From: Candidatus Tectimicrobiota bacterium
GTDB taxonomy: Bacteria > JACPUC01
Assembly (NCBI GenBank): GCA_016192455.1
Contig: JACPUC010000001.1
Coordinates: 248,001 to 306,109 of the forward strand
Length of the DNA stretch: 58,109 nt
Direction of reading: 5' to 3'
In this document: one piece after another, positions 10,069-20,482 of the stretch
How positions within the stretch are numbered: the stretch's first letter is position 1
Layout of the letters: every line of letters starts with the position of its first letter
The notes under the pieces: model-generated
What the model saw: only the letters and a program-made list of their open reading frames with translations
What the model was told of the DNA's origin: nothing
Database searches by the model: none
Translations under genes and position numbers: made by a program

Positions 10069-10335
10069 TTATCGGTAAACGTCTCGGCGGTAGCCGATCT
10101 CCACGACCAGCACCACAAGCCGGTCATCCTGTACATCGCAGATGATGCGGTAATCTCCCACGCGATACCGCCATAAGTTGCCTAAGTGCCCCCTCAGCGC
10201 CTTGCCGAGTGTACGGGGGTCGTCGAGAGCGGCAACCTGCTTTTCGAGGTAATCGCGGATGCGGGACCGTGTTTGCGGTTCCAGCTTCCTGACGAACTTC
10301 TGAACAGACTTGGCATATTCAATCGTCCACGCCAC
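10069..10335 (-). CDS. relE: Type II toxin, RelE/ParE family
   Basis: DPR..GKAL.G.L..LWRYRVGDYRII...VLVVEIG.RRDVY. Confidence 0.93.
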   Translation of the reverse strand: MAWTIEYAKSVQKFVRKLEPQTRSRIRDYLEKQVAALDDPRTLGKALRGHLGNLWRYRVGDYRIICDVQDDRLVVLVVEIGYRRDVYR

Positions 10336-10540
10336 GCCAGAAGTCCTCGGCGCTCATGACCTCTTCTTCGCCCTTGCGGACGCGCTCCAGCACGGCGGCG
10401 GCCAGGTAGTAGTCCTCCAGGTCTTCCAGGTGGCGCTCGATGAGTTCGCGCAGGTAATACGCCTTGCTGCGCCCGGTCTGGGCGGCAAGGAAGTTCAGCC
10501 GCTTTTCCACGTCCGGCGAAAGGCGAACCGTCGTGGCCAT
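10319..10540 (-). CDS. Ribbon-helix-helix antitoxin (RelB/CopG-like)
   Basis: VRL....EKRL..LA..TGRSKAYYLRE.I...LEDLED; overlaps relE by 17 bp. Confidence 0.88.
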   Translation of the reverse strand: MATTVRLSPDVEKRLNFLAAQTGRSKAYYLRELIERHLEDLEDYYLAAAVLERVRKGEEEVMSAEDFWRGVDD

Positions 10541-10648
10541 CTCTTGACCCTCCATGAATACACGTATTCCCTTTCTTCATATAGCACCGAAGGCGGCTAC
10601 GGTCAAGCTCCATGCGATGGCAAGAGCGGCTGGGTGGCTGGCTGCCGA

Positions 10649-10725
10649 CAGCCTGGCGCCGATGACTCCCGAGGTCGTGCTGCTCATGGCTCGATCCTCA
10701 CTGCCATGGCGCCCGAGGCGCCGCG
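10649..10725 (+). repeat. 77-bp perfect direct repeat, copy 2
   Basis: Identical to 9370-9446. Confidence 0.95.
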
Positions 10726-10808
10726 CGTGTCGTGTCGCTTGATGCGTTCATTCCGTTGCGGAAGGAAACCGTGCCCCTCTCTGGTGGAAGAGGGCGCACC
10801 CCCTCGGC

Positions 10809-10836
10809 GTAGGGGCGCTTCGCGAAGCGCCCCTAC
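10809..10836. repeat. GTAG-type REP palindrome (compensatory variant)
   Basis: GTAGGGGCGCTTCG/CGAAGCGCCCCTAC; a G-C pair is swapped to C-G relative to the 5728 copy. Confidence 0.85.
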
Positions 10837-10898
10837 AATAGTGGGTGCGGGAAGCAAGGGTCCCCCCCACAGAAGGTGCGGCCCCCGCCGCTCAGTTC

Positions 10899-11861
10899 TT
10901 ACTCAACGTTCAACACCCACTTCGAGGTGTCCGGGGTCTTGTTCGTCAGCCGCTCCTTCACGAGGTTCACGGCGAGCTGCAGCTCACGCTGGGTGATCTG
11001 CGGCTTGAAGGTGGAGATGGCGATCTTCGCCGCCAGCTCGGGGGTGAGGGCGGTGAACTTCGGCAGAATTTCGGTGCGCGCCTCCTGCTGGTTCTCGTTG
11101 GTATAGGCCATCCCCTTGCGATAGGCGCGCACGAAGCGTGTCACGAGGTCGCGATGGGCCGCGATCCATTTCTCCTCGGCGACGATGATCCCCACCGCCC
11201 CCCCCTCCCCCTCGGCATCAGGCGAGAGGAGGATCTTCGCCTTGCCGCCATCCTGCAGGAGCGTCAGGAACGGCTCCGGAGTGTAGGCGGCATCCACCTG
11301 CTTGTTGAGGAGCAGCGGCGGCATCTGGGGGAACGGCACCTCGGTGAGCTGCACCTTGTTCGGATCGACCCCCGCTTTGGTCAGCGCGTGCCGCACATAG
11401 AACTCCGCCAGGCCGCCGAAGGTGTTGATCCCCAGCCGCTTGCCGATCAGGTCCTGCGGCGCTTTGATGTCGCCGTCGGTGCGCACCATGATGGCGTTGC
11501 CGTAAGGCGGCTTGGTGTTGAAGAAGGAGCCCGGCACCACGATCTGGAAGGGGAAGCCCTTATCCTTCGCGAAGACGAAGGAGATGAGGTTGCCGCAGCC
11601 CAGGTCGATGCTGCCGGAGGTCAAGGCCGGGAAGATCACCGCGCCGCCCCCCATCTTGGTCAGCTCCAGCTCAATGCGCTCAGCGTCGAGGAACTTCTTG
11701 TGGATCGTGGTCCAGAGGGGCAGGGATTCGGCGATGGGGATGCAGGTGATCTTGATCTTGTCCGGCTTCTGCGCCTGCGCCGCCGGCGGCGCCAGCGCCA
11801 GTCCGAGGCCGAGCACCAGGAGCAGGGGCACGAGAACGCGACGGCTCATGGCGGTGTTCAT
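10899..11861 (-). CDS. ABC transporter substrate-binding protein (NitT/TauT family)
   Basis: Signal peptide, DLIGKRLGIN, VPFPQM..LL..QVDAA...EPF. Confidence 0.88.
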   Translation of the reverse strand: MNTAMSRRVLVPLLLVLGLGLALAPPAAQAQKPDKIKITCIPIAESLPLWTTIHKKFLDAERIELELTKMGGGAVIFPALTSGSIDLGCGNLISFVFAKDKGFPFQIVVPGSFFNTKPPYGNAIMVRTDGDIKAPQDLIGKRLGINTFGGLAEFYVRHALTKAGVDPNKVQLTEVPFPQMPPLLLNKQVDAAYTPEPFLTLLQDGGKAKILLSPDAEGEGGAVGIIVAEEKWIAAHRDLVTRFVRAYRKGMAYTNENQQEARTEILPKFTALTPELAAKIAISTFKPQITQRELQLAVNLVKERLTNKTPDTSKWVLNVE

Positions 11862-12036
11862 GGTCACGTCTCCTTCCTCAAGGGGGAGATTGATGCACGG
11901 GACCCGCATACCGCGGCCCTGAAGCGGCGGCATCTTGTCCCCGTTTTCTCGCCTGCGGTGCTCAAAGGTACGCGGTCGATTCCGTCGTGCTCCCTGTCAG
12001 TGTGTGGACAGGCGGATGCCTGCCTGCCCATCGTCC

Positions 12037-12209
12037 GTAAGGGCGGTTCGCGAACCGCCCCTGCAATCGAAATGCAAGGAACCACTAATGAACGCGGCGG
12101 CACACGGACATAGGTGTGCATCCCTGTCTATCCGTGGTTCACCCTTCCTCCGCGTCCTCCGCGGCTCTGGGGTGAACAATCAACCGCGGAGACGCCGAGA
12201 GCGCAGAGT
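12037..12209. repeat. Composite repeat module (REP + family B + family C palindromes)
   Basis: Diverged inverted counterpart at 22169-22348, sharing the linker ATGCAAGGAACCACT. Confidence 0.75.
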
Positions 12210-12253
12210 GTGTGGAACAGGCTTGCAGCCTGTCATCCGCGGCGCCGCGGCGC

Positions 12254-13510
12254 TCAGTGCGCGTGCTCGCGTCCCTGCAAGTCGATGAGAATCCGCGACG
12301 AGGTCAGCGGCCTGCCGTCGAAGCGGTCGCGCAGCCAATCGGCCTCCATGGCGCGGTGGTTCGGTGTGTTCGCCGTCTGCGGCCCGGTGATGCCGTGGCG
12401 GGCGCCCTCGTAGACGATGAGCGTCTTCGGGCAGGTGAGGGTGTCGTAAAGGTCGTAGGCGTACTGCACCGGGCTCAGTTCGTCCGCGCCGCCCAGGATC
12501 ATCAGGGTTGGGCAGCGCACCTTGTCGGCGTAGCCCTCCCAGGTGAGGGTCGTGGCGAAGTCGTCGAACTCCGCCTCGTCGTCGATGTTGGCCATGAACA
12601 TGAAGCGCTGTTTGAAGGTGGGGGAAGCCTCCTCGAAGATCGTGGAGCCGCCCGGCTCGAGGCAGCCGAGGGTGCCGCTGGCGGCGACGTAGCGCGGCTC
12701 GGCGGCGGCGAAGTGCAAGACCCACAGGGAGCCGTAGCTCATCCCCTTGGCGGCGATGCGCGCCGGGTCGATCTCCGGCCGCGTCAGCAGGTAGTCGAAG
12801 CAGGCGCGGCCGGCGCGCGTGAAGCTGTCGGGCTGCGCGAAGAGCCGGCGCACCAGGCACTCCCCCTGCCCCGGCCCGTCGAAGGCCAGCACCGCCATGC
12901 CGCGGGTGAGGAACTTGTCGCCGTAGATCGGGTGCAGGATTTCCTTGAAGGAGTCCATGCCGTTGATCGAGACGACGCAGGGGAAGCGCTCGGGGGAGCC
13001 GCCCTGGCCGGGGGCCGAGGGCAGGTAGAGGAGCGCCGGCAGCGAGGCGTTGCCGAAGGGGATCTCCACCCGCTCGATGGGGATCGGCGCGGAGGCGATG
13101 ACTTTGTCGTAGCAGGCGTTCTTTTTCGCGTAGTAGGCGTGGAGCTCCTCGTTCCCCGCCTCGAAGATGGCCCAGCCGGCGTTGCCGTAGAAGCAGGCGG
13201 CAGCCGCGTAGTTGTCGCGCGCCGTCACCAGGTGGCCGGCCTCCTCGGCGCGCCGCGCCAGCTCCTCACGCTGGCGGGCGATGCGGGCGTACTCGCGCGG
13301 GATGTCGTCGAACTTCTCGACGCGCAGGGAGACCGTCTGCAGGTCGATCTCCCCCTCGATGGCGGCGGGGAGCGAGTAGCGCCGCGGCGAGGTGCTGACC
13401 GGCGCGGCGGCGCCCATGGCCGCCCGCTGCACGGCAATGAGGTTATCCACGATCCAGCGCTGCTCCGCCCACCGGCGGGCGCGTTTCTCGGTCTCCGGCT
13501 TCAGCCTCAT
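12254..13510 (-). CDS. Alpha/beta hydrolase (2,6-dihydroxypseudooxynicotine hydrolase/FrsA-like)
   Basis: GMDSFKE, FDGPGQGE, GMSYG, D/H triad. Confidence 0.85.
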   Translation of the reverse strand: MRLKPETEKRARRWAEQRWIVDNLIAVQRAAMGAAAPVSTSPRRYSLPAAIEGEIDLQTVSLRVEKFDDIPREYARIARQREELARRAEEAGHLVTARDNYAAAACFYGNAGWAIFEAGNEELHAYYAKKNACYDKVIASAPIPIERVEIPFGNASLPALLYLPSAPGQGGSPERFPCVVSINGMDSFKEILHPIYGDKFLTRGMAVLAFDGPGQGECLVRRLFAQPDSFTRAGRACFDYLLTRPEIDPARIAAKGMSYGSLWVLHFAAAEPRYVAASGTLGCLEPGGSTIFEEASPTFKQRFMFMANIDDEAEFDDFATTLTWEGYADKVRCPTLMILGGADELSPVQYAYDLYDTLTCPKTLIVYEGARHGITGPQTANTPNHRAMEADWLRDRFDGRPLTSSRILIDLQGREHAH

Positions 13511-13608
13511 CGTTGCCACTCCTTTCGGCAAGGTCCCGCCGCCCCGGCCGGCGCCCGGGGGTGTCTCCCGCTCTTCCTGGCCGCGTGACGAGGGCTCCGC
13601 GCCTCCAT

Positions 13609-14367
13609 TCAGACGACCCCCTGCGGGAACGGCGGCTCCTCGTGCTGGGCCTGGCGCACCTGGGCCGCGATCGACTCCACCACCATCGAGAAGAGCTTCT
13701 CCCCCTTCTCGCGCGTGGCCAGGAGGGGATTGCCGGTGGCCCCGCTGCGGGTGCGGTAGCGCAGGAAGTAGGAGAAGAAGGTGCGCTTCGTCGCCGCCGT
13801 CTCATCGCGGGCTTCCTGCATGCGCACGAGGTCGGGACGCAGGTGGAGGAGCATCGAGGTCTCGGCGTCGTTGGCGTGAAAACCGCCGTTCTCCGTATCG
13901 GCGAGGACCAGGGCGGTGGTGTCGGCGCTGGCGTCCCACCAGCTCATGATACGGAAGCGCATGCCGGGATGCGCCATCATCAGGTTGCCGATGGCGCCGC
14001 TCAGGGGTTGGGGATTGGTCAGGTGGCCGTTCAGGATGAGGACGCGCTCCACCCCGGAACGGTGCAGCCAACCGCCGATCTCCTCGACGACGCGCTGCAA
14101 GGTCTCGGGGCGCAGCGACAGGGTGCCCGGCCAGCCGACGTGGCCCTGCGAATTGCCGTACGCCAGCGGCGGCAGAACGGGGACGCCGGTGCGGGCCGAG
14201 ACCGCTTTCGCCACCTCGGTGGCGCAGAGGATATCGACGTTTACCGGCAGGTGGTTGGCATGCTGCTCGATGGAGCCGACCGGGAAAATCACCATGCGCC
14301 TGCCGGAGGCCAGCAGCTCGCTGATCTCCTTCGTGGACAGCTCCTCCCACAAAACTGGCCGCTCCAT
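13609..14367 (-). CDS. Creatininase family protein
   Basis: PVGSIEQH..HLP..D, H..WPGTLSL, NGH, HA..ETS, G.TG.P..AT.EKG. Confidence 0.93.
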   Translation of the reverse strand: MERPVLWEELSTKEISELLASGRRMVIFPVGSIEQHANHLPVNVDILCATEVAKAVSARTGVPVLPPLAYGNSQGHVGWPGTLSLRPETLQRVVEEIGGWLHRSGVERVLILNGHLTNPQPLSGAIGNLMMAHPGMRFRIMSWWDASADTTALVLADTENGGFHANDAETSMLLHLRPDLVRMQEARDETAATKRTFFSYFLRYRTRSGATGNPLLATREKGEKLFSMVVESIAAQVRQAQHEEPPFPQGVV

Positions 14368-14405
14368 GCGATCCCTCCCGCCGGCGCCGCTCCTCCGCGG
14401 CAGGT

Positions 14406-15302
14406 CTACGCCCCTTGCAGCCTGCGCAGGATCTCCCCCCCCGCGCCGATCACCACCGCCCCGGCAATGATGAGCATCGCCCCCGCCACGGTGCGCCAGG
14501 TGACCACCTCCGTCTTGCGCAGGAAGAGCAGCGTCAGCCCGATCGTCGCCAGCGGATGCACGCCCACCAGCGGCGTGACGATCACCACCTGGCCCACCGA
14601 GAAGGCCGAGAACATCAGGATGTACGAAGCCGTCACGAGGACCGCGGCGACCACGAAGTAGGGGAGGTTGCGCCGCGACGGGGTGAATCCCCGGAAATCC
14701 CTGCTGAGGCCCTGCCAGCCGAGGAGGATGACGAAGGAGGTGGCGACGCTGAGCGCCGCGGCAAGGACCGGCTCATGGTACTCCCGCAGACCGTACCGCA
14801 CAATAACGTCGCGCGAGGCGAAGAGCAGGCCGGCCATGAGCGGCCAGACCATGTCGCGCTTGCGCCAGTTCGAGACGGTTCGGCCGGTGCGCGAGATGAT
14901 GATGGTGCCGGTCACCACGCTGACGGTGCCCAGCCCGATCGCCCACGTCAAGCCCTCGCCGAGGACGAGCACCGCCAGGATCGCCGCGAAGAGCGGCGAC
15001 GCCGCTGCCAGGGAGACCGCGTTTGCCGGGCCGATGCGCTGAAAGCCGCGGTAGTTGCAGAACCGCGCCGCGCCCGGCGAGCAGAACCCCCCGAGAATGA
15101 AGAGCAGAACAGGCGCCCACAGCCAGGGAGACCGCATCCCCAGGCGCCAGAAGAAGAGCCACAGGAACAGCCCGTTGAAGAAGACGGAGATGGTCGCCCC
15201 CATGGCCGGGGTGCTGTGCCGCATCCCGATCCCCATGAGGAAGTTGTTGGCGCCGAAGGTGACAGCGGCGCCGAGCGCCAGGAATTCCGCTCGCATCAGC
15301 AT
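14406..15302 (-). CDS. DMT/EamA family transporter
   Basis: About 10 TM helices in two repeats; SPLFAAILA..LGE. Confidence 0.85.
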   Translation of the reverse strand: MLMRAEFLALGAAVTFGANNFLMGIGMRHSTPAMGATISVFFNGLFLWLFFWRLGMRSPWLWAPVLLFILGGFCSPGAARFCNYRGFQRIGPANAVSLAAASPLFAAILAVLVLGEGLTWAIGLGTVSVVTGTIIISRTGRTVSNWRKRDMVWPLMAGLLFASRDVIVRYGLREYHEPVLAAALSVATSFVILLGWQGLSRDFRGFTPSRRNLPYFVVAAVLVTASYILMFSAFSVGQVVIVTPLVGVHPLATIGLTLLFLRKTEVVTWRTVAGAMLIIAGAVVIGAGGEILRRLQGA

Positions 15303-15512
15303 GTCCAGTGGGGCGTGGGAAAAGGGGCGATCCCCCGCCGGAGGCGCGCGGAGGAGGCAGGAGCGCGGGCGTCTCGCCCGCCAGGCGAGCGGCGCGCGCG
15401 AACATCCCTCGCGCGCCCTGCATCCGAACAGAGCGTGACGCCGTGACGGCGCCAACCGCCGGCGCACCGCCGCAGCCCACCGAGTCTGTTGCCTGCCGGC
15501 CGCGCCGCGCCC

Positions 15513-16784
15513 TCAGCCGCGCTCCCAGAGCTGCGGCGCGGGGAAGCGGAAGGGGACCTCGGCGATGGCTTTCGGCCAGATGGTCCGCGCCCGGCCCTGC
15601 AGCACTTGCACCATGGCGCTCGCGGCGTTGACGTTGTCGCCGTTCGGCGCGAACTTAATCGGCCCCCCCGCCATGATGCGCGCCTCGAGGTTCGTCGTGC
15701 GCAGCGCCGCGACGATGGCCTCCGGCTTCGTGCCGGCGGCGCGCTCCAGGGCGTCGGCGGAGACGATGATGCCCTCGTAGGCGTAGCCGGAGTTCGTGTC
15801 GAGGTGCCTCCCGTAGCGCTGGTAGAAGGCGTCGCTGACTCGCTTCGTGCGCGGATCGAGGGGGTTGTGCCACGGGACGGCGTCCATGGCGTACTCCGCC
15901 AGCTTGCCGAGCTGGGTGATGAACTCCGCCTCGTAGAGGCCGGGGGCTCCGGGGCTGACGACCCCCAGCAGCTCGACGCGCTGCTTGTAGAGCTCCCGCA
16001 CCATCAGGATGGCGTCCCGCAGGCGGGTGATCGGCGCCAGCACCTCGGGCTTCAGCGCCTTCACCTTCGACACCTCCGTGGAGAGATCGACGGTGGTGAG
16101 AGGGTAGGGGATGACTTCGGTGATCTTCCACGGCGCGTTGAGGTCCTGGCTTTTCTTCACGAAGGCCTTCGCCTGCAGGGAGCCGAACAAATCGTTCGTG
16201 TGCATGGCGACGATGGTTTTCGGCATCCTGCCGCTGGCCTCGAAGACCTCGCGCATGAAGTTCACGCCGTTCGTGGCCAGGCGGTCGACGGTGGGAAAGA
16301 TGCGGAAGACATGCTGGTAGCCGCGCTGGGTGATCGGGTCCGCGGCGGCGATGTCGATGACGAAGGGGATGCCGCGCTGCTCCGCCACCTGGGCGATGGC
16401 CAGGGTGACGGCGCTCTGGAAAGCCCCCATGAGGATCACCGCCCCCTCGCGGATGAGGCGCTCGGCCTCGGCGCGCCCCACCGCCGGCTTGCTCTCGCTG
16501 TCGCCCAGCATGAGCGCGAGCTTGGCGCCACCGAGCGACTTGATCCCGCCGCCGGCGTTGATCTCATCCACGGCGAGCTGCGCGCCCAGGCGCTCGACCT
16601 GGCCGATCTCCGCCAGCGGCCCCGAAACGGGGTGGATGATGCCGATGGGGATGGGGCGCGGCTGCGCCCGCACGACGGCGGGGAACCCCAGCGTCAAGCC
16701 GGCGGCCGCGCCGGCCGCTTTCAGGAACCCGCGGCGGCTCACTCCCCCGCGCAGCCCGTGCTCCTCCTTCTCCTTCTGCTCCAT
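15513..16784 (-). CDS. Branched-chain amino acid-type ABC substrate-binding protein, Tat-exported
   Basis: SRRGFLK Tat motif; P.SG..A..G, AVDEINAGGGIKSLGG. Confidence 0.9.
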   Translation of the reverse strand: MEQKEKEEHGLRGGVSRRGFLKAAGAAAGLTLGFPAVVRAQPRPIPIGIIHPVSGPLAEIGQVERLGAQLAVDEINAGGGIKSLGGAKLALMLGDSESKPAVGRAEAERLIREGAVILMGAFQSAVTLAIAQVAEQRGIPFVIDIAAADPITQRGYQHVFRIFPTVDRLATNGVNFMREVFEASGRMPKTIVAMHTNDLFGSLQAKAFVKKSQDLNAPWKITEVIPYPLTTVDLSTEVSKVKALKPEVLAPITRLRDAILMVRELYKQRVELLGVVSPGAPGLYEAEFITQLGKLAEYAMDAVPWHNPLDPRTKRVSDAFYQRYGRHLDTNSGYAYEGIIVSADALERAAGTKPEAIVAALRTTNLEARIMAGGPIKFAPNGDNVNAASAMVQVLQGRARTIWPKAIAEVPFRFPAPQLWERG

Positions 16785-16890
16785 GCTGCACCTCCTCCGG
16801 CCTGGTTCGCACCACCAGCTCAACAGCGGGTTTGCGTCAGCGTTCCTCGCTCGCCATGCCGCTGTCGGCCGGCGGCACGCCTCTCCACCG

Positions 16891-17994
16891 CTACCTGAAA
16901 AGCTTCCCGACTTGCGCCTCCGGCGCCGGCGGCAGGGCGGCCAGGGCCAGGTTCTCCTCCACGTGCGCCCGCTGCCGCATGCCGACCAGCGCCACCCGCA
17001 CCCCCGGCGCCGAGCGCGTGAACTGGAGCGCCCGCTGCGCATCCGTCTCCAGGCCGGGGAAGGTCTGCGCGACCACCGGCGGCAGGCCGCGCGCCATCTG
17101 ACCCTGGTGGATCGAGGCGGAGGCCACGACGGCGAGGCCCAGCTCGCGCGCCGCCTCCAAGGCCGACCGCATGCGGCCTTGCACCGGTTGGTTGCGCTCT
17201 CCCAGGGCTTGCGGCATGCCGAGGTTCAGGGGGAGCTGCACCACCCTGAAGTGGTGCCCCTCGCCGGCGACCTCGCGCGCCGCCTCCACCACCTCCTCGA
17301 GGGGGAGGTAGTCGAGCGCGCTCGGCTTCAACCGGTAGGCGTTCCACGTCGCGCTGCCGTACCGCGCCAGCTTGCCGGCGGCCACATTGGCCTCGAGGGT
17401 CTCGAAGGCGCGCTTCAGGCGGCGGAAGAACTCCTCCTTCGACACCTCCTGAAGCTGCGTCTCCGGGTTATGCAGGTAGTAGATGTCGAGGCAGTCAAGG
17501 CCGAGGTTGCGCCGGCTCGTGTCAATCTGGTGCTGGAGATACGCCGGCGTCATGACGTGGCAGCCGCCGACGATATCCTCGAAGCGCGCCACCCCAGGCG
17601 CCACGAAGGTCTCCTGGAACCAGGCCGCGGCGTCGGCCGGCGGCGCGCCGTCGAAGGGGAGGAAGCCCCCCTTCGTGGCCACGACGAGCTCCTGGCGTCG
17701 GAAGCCCCTGTCGAGGAGCGCCCGCAGGGCCGCGCCGACGGCGCGCTCGCTGCGCTGGAAGCGGTAGTTGATGGCCGTGTCGATGACGTTGCAGCCGAGC
17801 TGCACGGCGCACTGCACGGCATCGGCGTAGAGAGCGTCGGTGGCGTCATCGTGCTCGCCCAGGTAGGTGCCGATGCCGAGCGAGGAGACCGTCAGGTCCG
17901 CCAGGGAGCGGAAGTGCTCCGCCGCCAGGCGCCCCGCGAAGCGCTCCGCGTAGGTCCGCGTGCCGGCAGCCGTGGCGCGGCCTGCGATGCTCAT
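16891..17994 (-). CDS. Aldo/keto reductase
   Basis: LGIGTY, IDTAINY, TKGG, LDIYYLHNPE. Confidence 0.92.
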   Translation of the reverse strand: MSIAGRATAAGTRTYAERFAGRLAAEHFRSLADLTVSSLGIGTYLGEHDDATDALYADAVQCAVQLGCNVIDTAINYRFQRSERAVGAALRALLDRGFRRQELVVATKGGFLPFDGAPPADAAAWFQETFVAPGVARFEDIVGGCHVMTPAYLQHQIDTSRRNLGLDCLDIYYLHNPETQLQEVSKEEFFRRLKRAFETLEANVAAGKLARYGSATWNAYRLKPSALDYLPLEEVVEAAREVAGEGHHFRVVQLPLNLGMPQALGERNQPVQGRMRSALEAARELGLAVVASASIHQGQMARGLPPVVAQTFPGLETDAQRALQFTRSAPGVRVALVGMRQRAHVEENLALAALPPAPEAQVGKLFR

Positions 17995-18102
17995 GCTCTC
18001 CTCCCGACGCCGCCGGCGGGGCGTCGGCTCAGACTACCATAGGCGCGGCGGGGGAGAAAGCTCCTCCGGCACGCGGGCGCCCGCTGCCGTCATCCGTTCC
18101 CC

Positions 18103-19176
18103 TCAGCCGCCGTGGCTGCGCATCACCTCGCGGTTCCAGCACAGCCGGGTATGCTCCATCTCGGCCTGCACGAGTTCCGCGTAGATGGGCAGGACAGCGC
18201 GGCCTTCGCGGCGGGCGCGGGCGATGGCGCGGCCGGCGGCGAGGCCGCTGGTCAAGGCGCTCGCGATGCCCTCCGCGTGGAAGTAGAGGAACCCCGCCGC
18301 CTCGCCCACGAGGAGGATGTTGCCGTGACCGAGCACGAAGGCGCCGGTGGCGGCCATGCTGTTCTGGAAGAACCCTTCGTCGCGGTGGAAGCCGGTGAGC
18401 CGGACGCCGAAGCGCTTACCGAGGTAGCGCACGAACTCCTCGAAGTGTTCCCGCAGCTTCGTCCCCTTGCGCCCCACCGCCGTGATGACGGCCAGGTCGT
18501 CCTTGAAGAGGACGCCGCCGCGGCGCGGGAAGACGTACCAGCGGTGGCGGTCCAGGCCGCCGGCGTCGTGGAGGTGGAACGCCTGGTAGTGCCCCATTCC
18601 CTTCTCGGCCAGGGCGCGGTAGGCGGCGTCGAGGTGGCTGCGCACCGCCGAGGCGCCGCCGTCCGCTCCCACGAGGTAGGCGCAGGCAAAGCGCCGGTGC
18701 GCGCCGTCGAGAAGGCGGCAGGAGATGGTGATGGGGTCGGCCTTGCGCAGGAAGCCGGCAAAGCCGCAGCCGTCCAGCAGCCGCGCCCCGGAGCGCTCGA
18801 CGAGCCAGGCATCGAATTTTTCGCGCCAAAGGTTTAGGTAGGTCGTCGGCAGCTCAAGGCCGGGCCGCGGCAGCTCGAAGGACCAGGGCACGTAGCTGCC
18901 GTCGTCGCGGTAGGCGACGATGTCCTCCGCCGCGATGGTGGGTGGGTCGCAGTAAACTTGAGGCGGAATCTCGCCGAAATGCTCGCGCACGACGAGCTGG
19001 GCCTCGCCGAAGAGGACGCCGCCGCAGCACTTGTAGCGCGGCACCTTCTTTTTCTCGATGAGGAGCGGCTCGATGCCCGCGTCGCGCAGGCTCTTCGCCG
19101 TCGCCGCGCCCGCCGGCCCGGCGCCGATGATGATGACCTCGTGATGCTCGGTGCTCGCGTTGGCCGCGTGCTCCAT
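18103..19176 (-). CDS. FAD-dependent oxidoreductase (geranylgeranyl reductase-like)
   Basis: IIGAGPAG, PRYKCCGG, VGADG..S, LLVGEAAG. Confidence 0.88.
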   Translation of the reverse strand: MEHAANASTEHHEVIIIGAGPAGAATAKSLRDAGIEPLLIEKKKVPRYKCCGGVLFGEAQLVVREHFGEIPPQVYCDPPTIAAEDIVAYRDDGSYVPWSFELPRPGLELPTTYLNLWREKFDAWLVERSGARLLDGCGFAGFLRKADPITISCRLLDGAHRRFACAYLVGADGGASAVRSHLDAAYRALAEKGMGHYQAFHLHDAGGLDRHRWYVFPRRGGVLFKDDLAVITAVGRKGTKLREHFEEFVRYLGKRFGVRLTGFHRDEGFFQNSMAATGAFVLGHGNILLVGEAAGFLYFHAEGIASALTSGLAAGRAIARARREGRAVLPIYAELVQAEMEHTRLCWNREVMRSHGG

Positions 19177-19242
19177 GCCGCCCGCTCCGCCTTCAGCTCA
19201 AGCCGCGAGGCGCGCCCGCGTCGTCCCTGCCGGTGCGGGCGC

Positions 19243-20241
19243 TCAGGCCGCCAGCTCCGCTCCCAGCTCGATGCAGCGCAGCATGTCCTTCTTCAGACGT
19301 GTCGGCCGATCGACAGGGTAGATGATGGGGTAGACCCCTTCATCGACATATTTCCCCAGCATGGCGCGCATGTCGCGCTCGCTGCCGGTGAGGGTATACG
19401 TCGCCAGGATGTCGTCCGTGACGAGCTCGGCGGCGCGCTCGAACTCCTTCGCTGCCCAGGCCGCCTGGATGGCCCTGGCGGCGTCCCGATAGCCGGCGCA
19501 GGCGAGCATCGGCTCGTAGGAGGGCTGCCCGGCGTAGAAGGCGAGCCCCTTGCGCATGGCGTCGATGGCCTCGGGGTCGCTGGAGTCGGGGCAGGTCATG
19601 AGGAGGGTGCAGATTTTGATCGCCGTGACATCGCGCCCCGCCCGCGCCGCCCCGGCGGCCAGGCGCGCGCGCAGGTCGGGCAGGCTGGCGAAGGGCAGCA
19701 GGTTGACGATGATGCCGTCCACCAGTTCGCCCGCCAGCTCCGTCATCTTCGGCCCCAGGGCCGCCAGGTAGAGGCGCACGTTCGGGCGCGGCCGCGGATC
19801 GCGCAGCCGGAAGCGGCGAATCGTGAAGTGCTCGCTCTCGACGGTGACGCGGTCCCCCTTCAGGAACTCGCGCACGGCGCTCACGTACTCGCGCACCCGG
19901 GCGAGAGGCCGTTCGAAGCGCAGCCCATGCCCCTGCTGCACGAAGCCGGGGCCGCCCGATCCCAGCCCCAGGATCATCGAGCGCTCGCCGAAGCCGTCGA
20001 GGGCCGCAATGCCCATGGCCATCAGGGTGGGCGTGCGGGTGTAGACGCTGATGATGCCGGTGGCCATGGTGAGCTTCGTGGTGCGCGCCGCCACCGCCGC
20101 CAGCACCGCCATGGCATCCTTGCCGGAGTTCTCGGTCGGCCACAGGGCGTGGTAGCCAAGTTCCTCGGCGCGCTGCCCGTAGGCGATGATCTCCTCCATG
20201 CTCAACTCGCCGGTGTGCGTCTGGACCCCCATCGGAAGCAT
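19243..20241 (-). CDS. LLM class flavin-dependent oxidoreductase
   Basis: RAEELGY..LW.TE, TR.P, LGLG, YLAALGPKM..LAGE..DG. Confidence 0.92.
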   Translation of the reverse strand: MLPMGVQTHTGELSMEEIIAYGQRAEELGYHALWPTENSGKDAMAVLAAVAARTTKLTMATGIISVYTRTPTLMAMGIAALDGFGERSMILGLGSGGPGFVQQGHGLRFERPLARVREYVSAVREFLKGDRVTVESEHFTIRRFRLRDPRPRPNVRLYLAALGPKMTELAGELVDGIIVNLLPFASLPDLRARLAAGAARAGRDVTAIKICTLLMTCPDSSDPEAIDAMRKGLAFYAGQPSYEPMLACAGYRDAARAIQAAWAAKEFERAAELVTDDILATYTLTGSERDMRAMLGKYVDEGVYPIIYPVDRPTRLKKDMLRCIELGAELAA

Positions 20242-20482
20242 GGCGGCTCTCCCCTCGGCGTGGCGCGGACCCGATGGCCATCGGGCGCGCGATGGTTTGT
20301 CGTCGGTCTTTGGTGGGACGATTTCAGGCTGAGGATAGCAGAGGGGGAGAGCCTTCGACAAGGCGCGCGGGCGGCCGCGTCAGAATCTGCACGGGGGGCG
20401 AGGTGAACCGCGGGGAAGGGCCTGCTGCGCGGGGAGGCGGCGAGGCGCGGGCGGCCGCGCCGCGTGCCTTCCTGCCGCTCCC

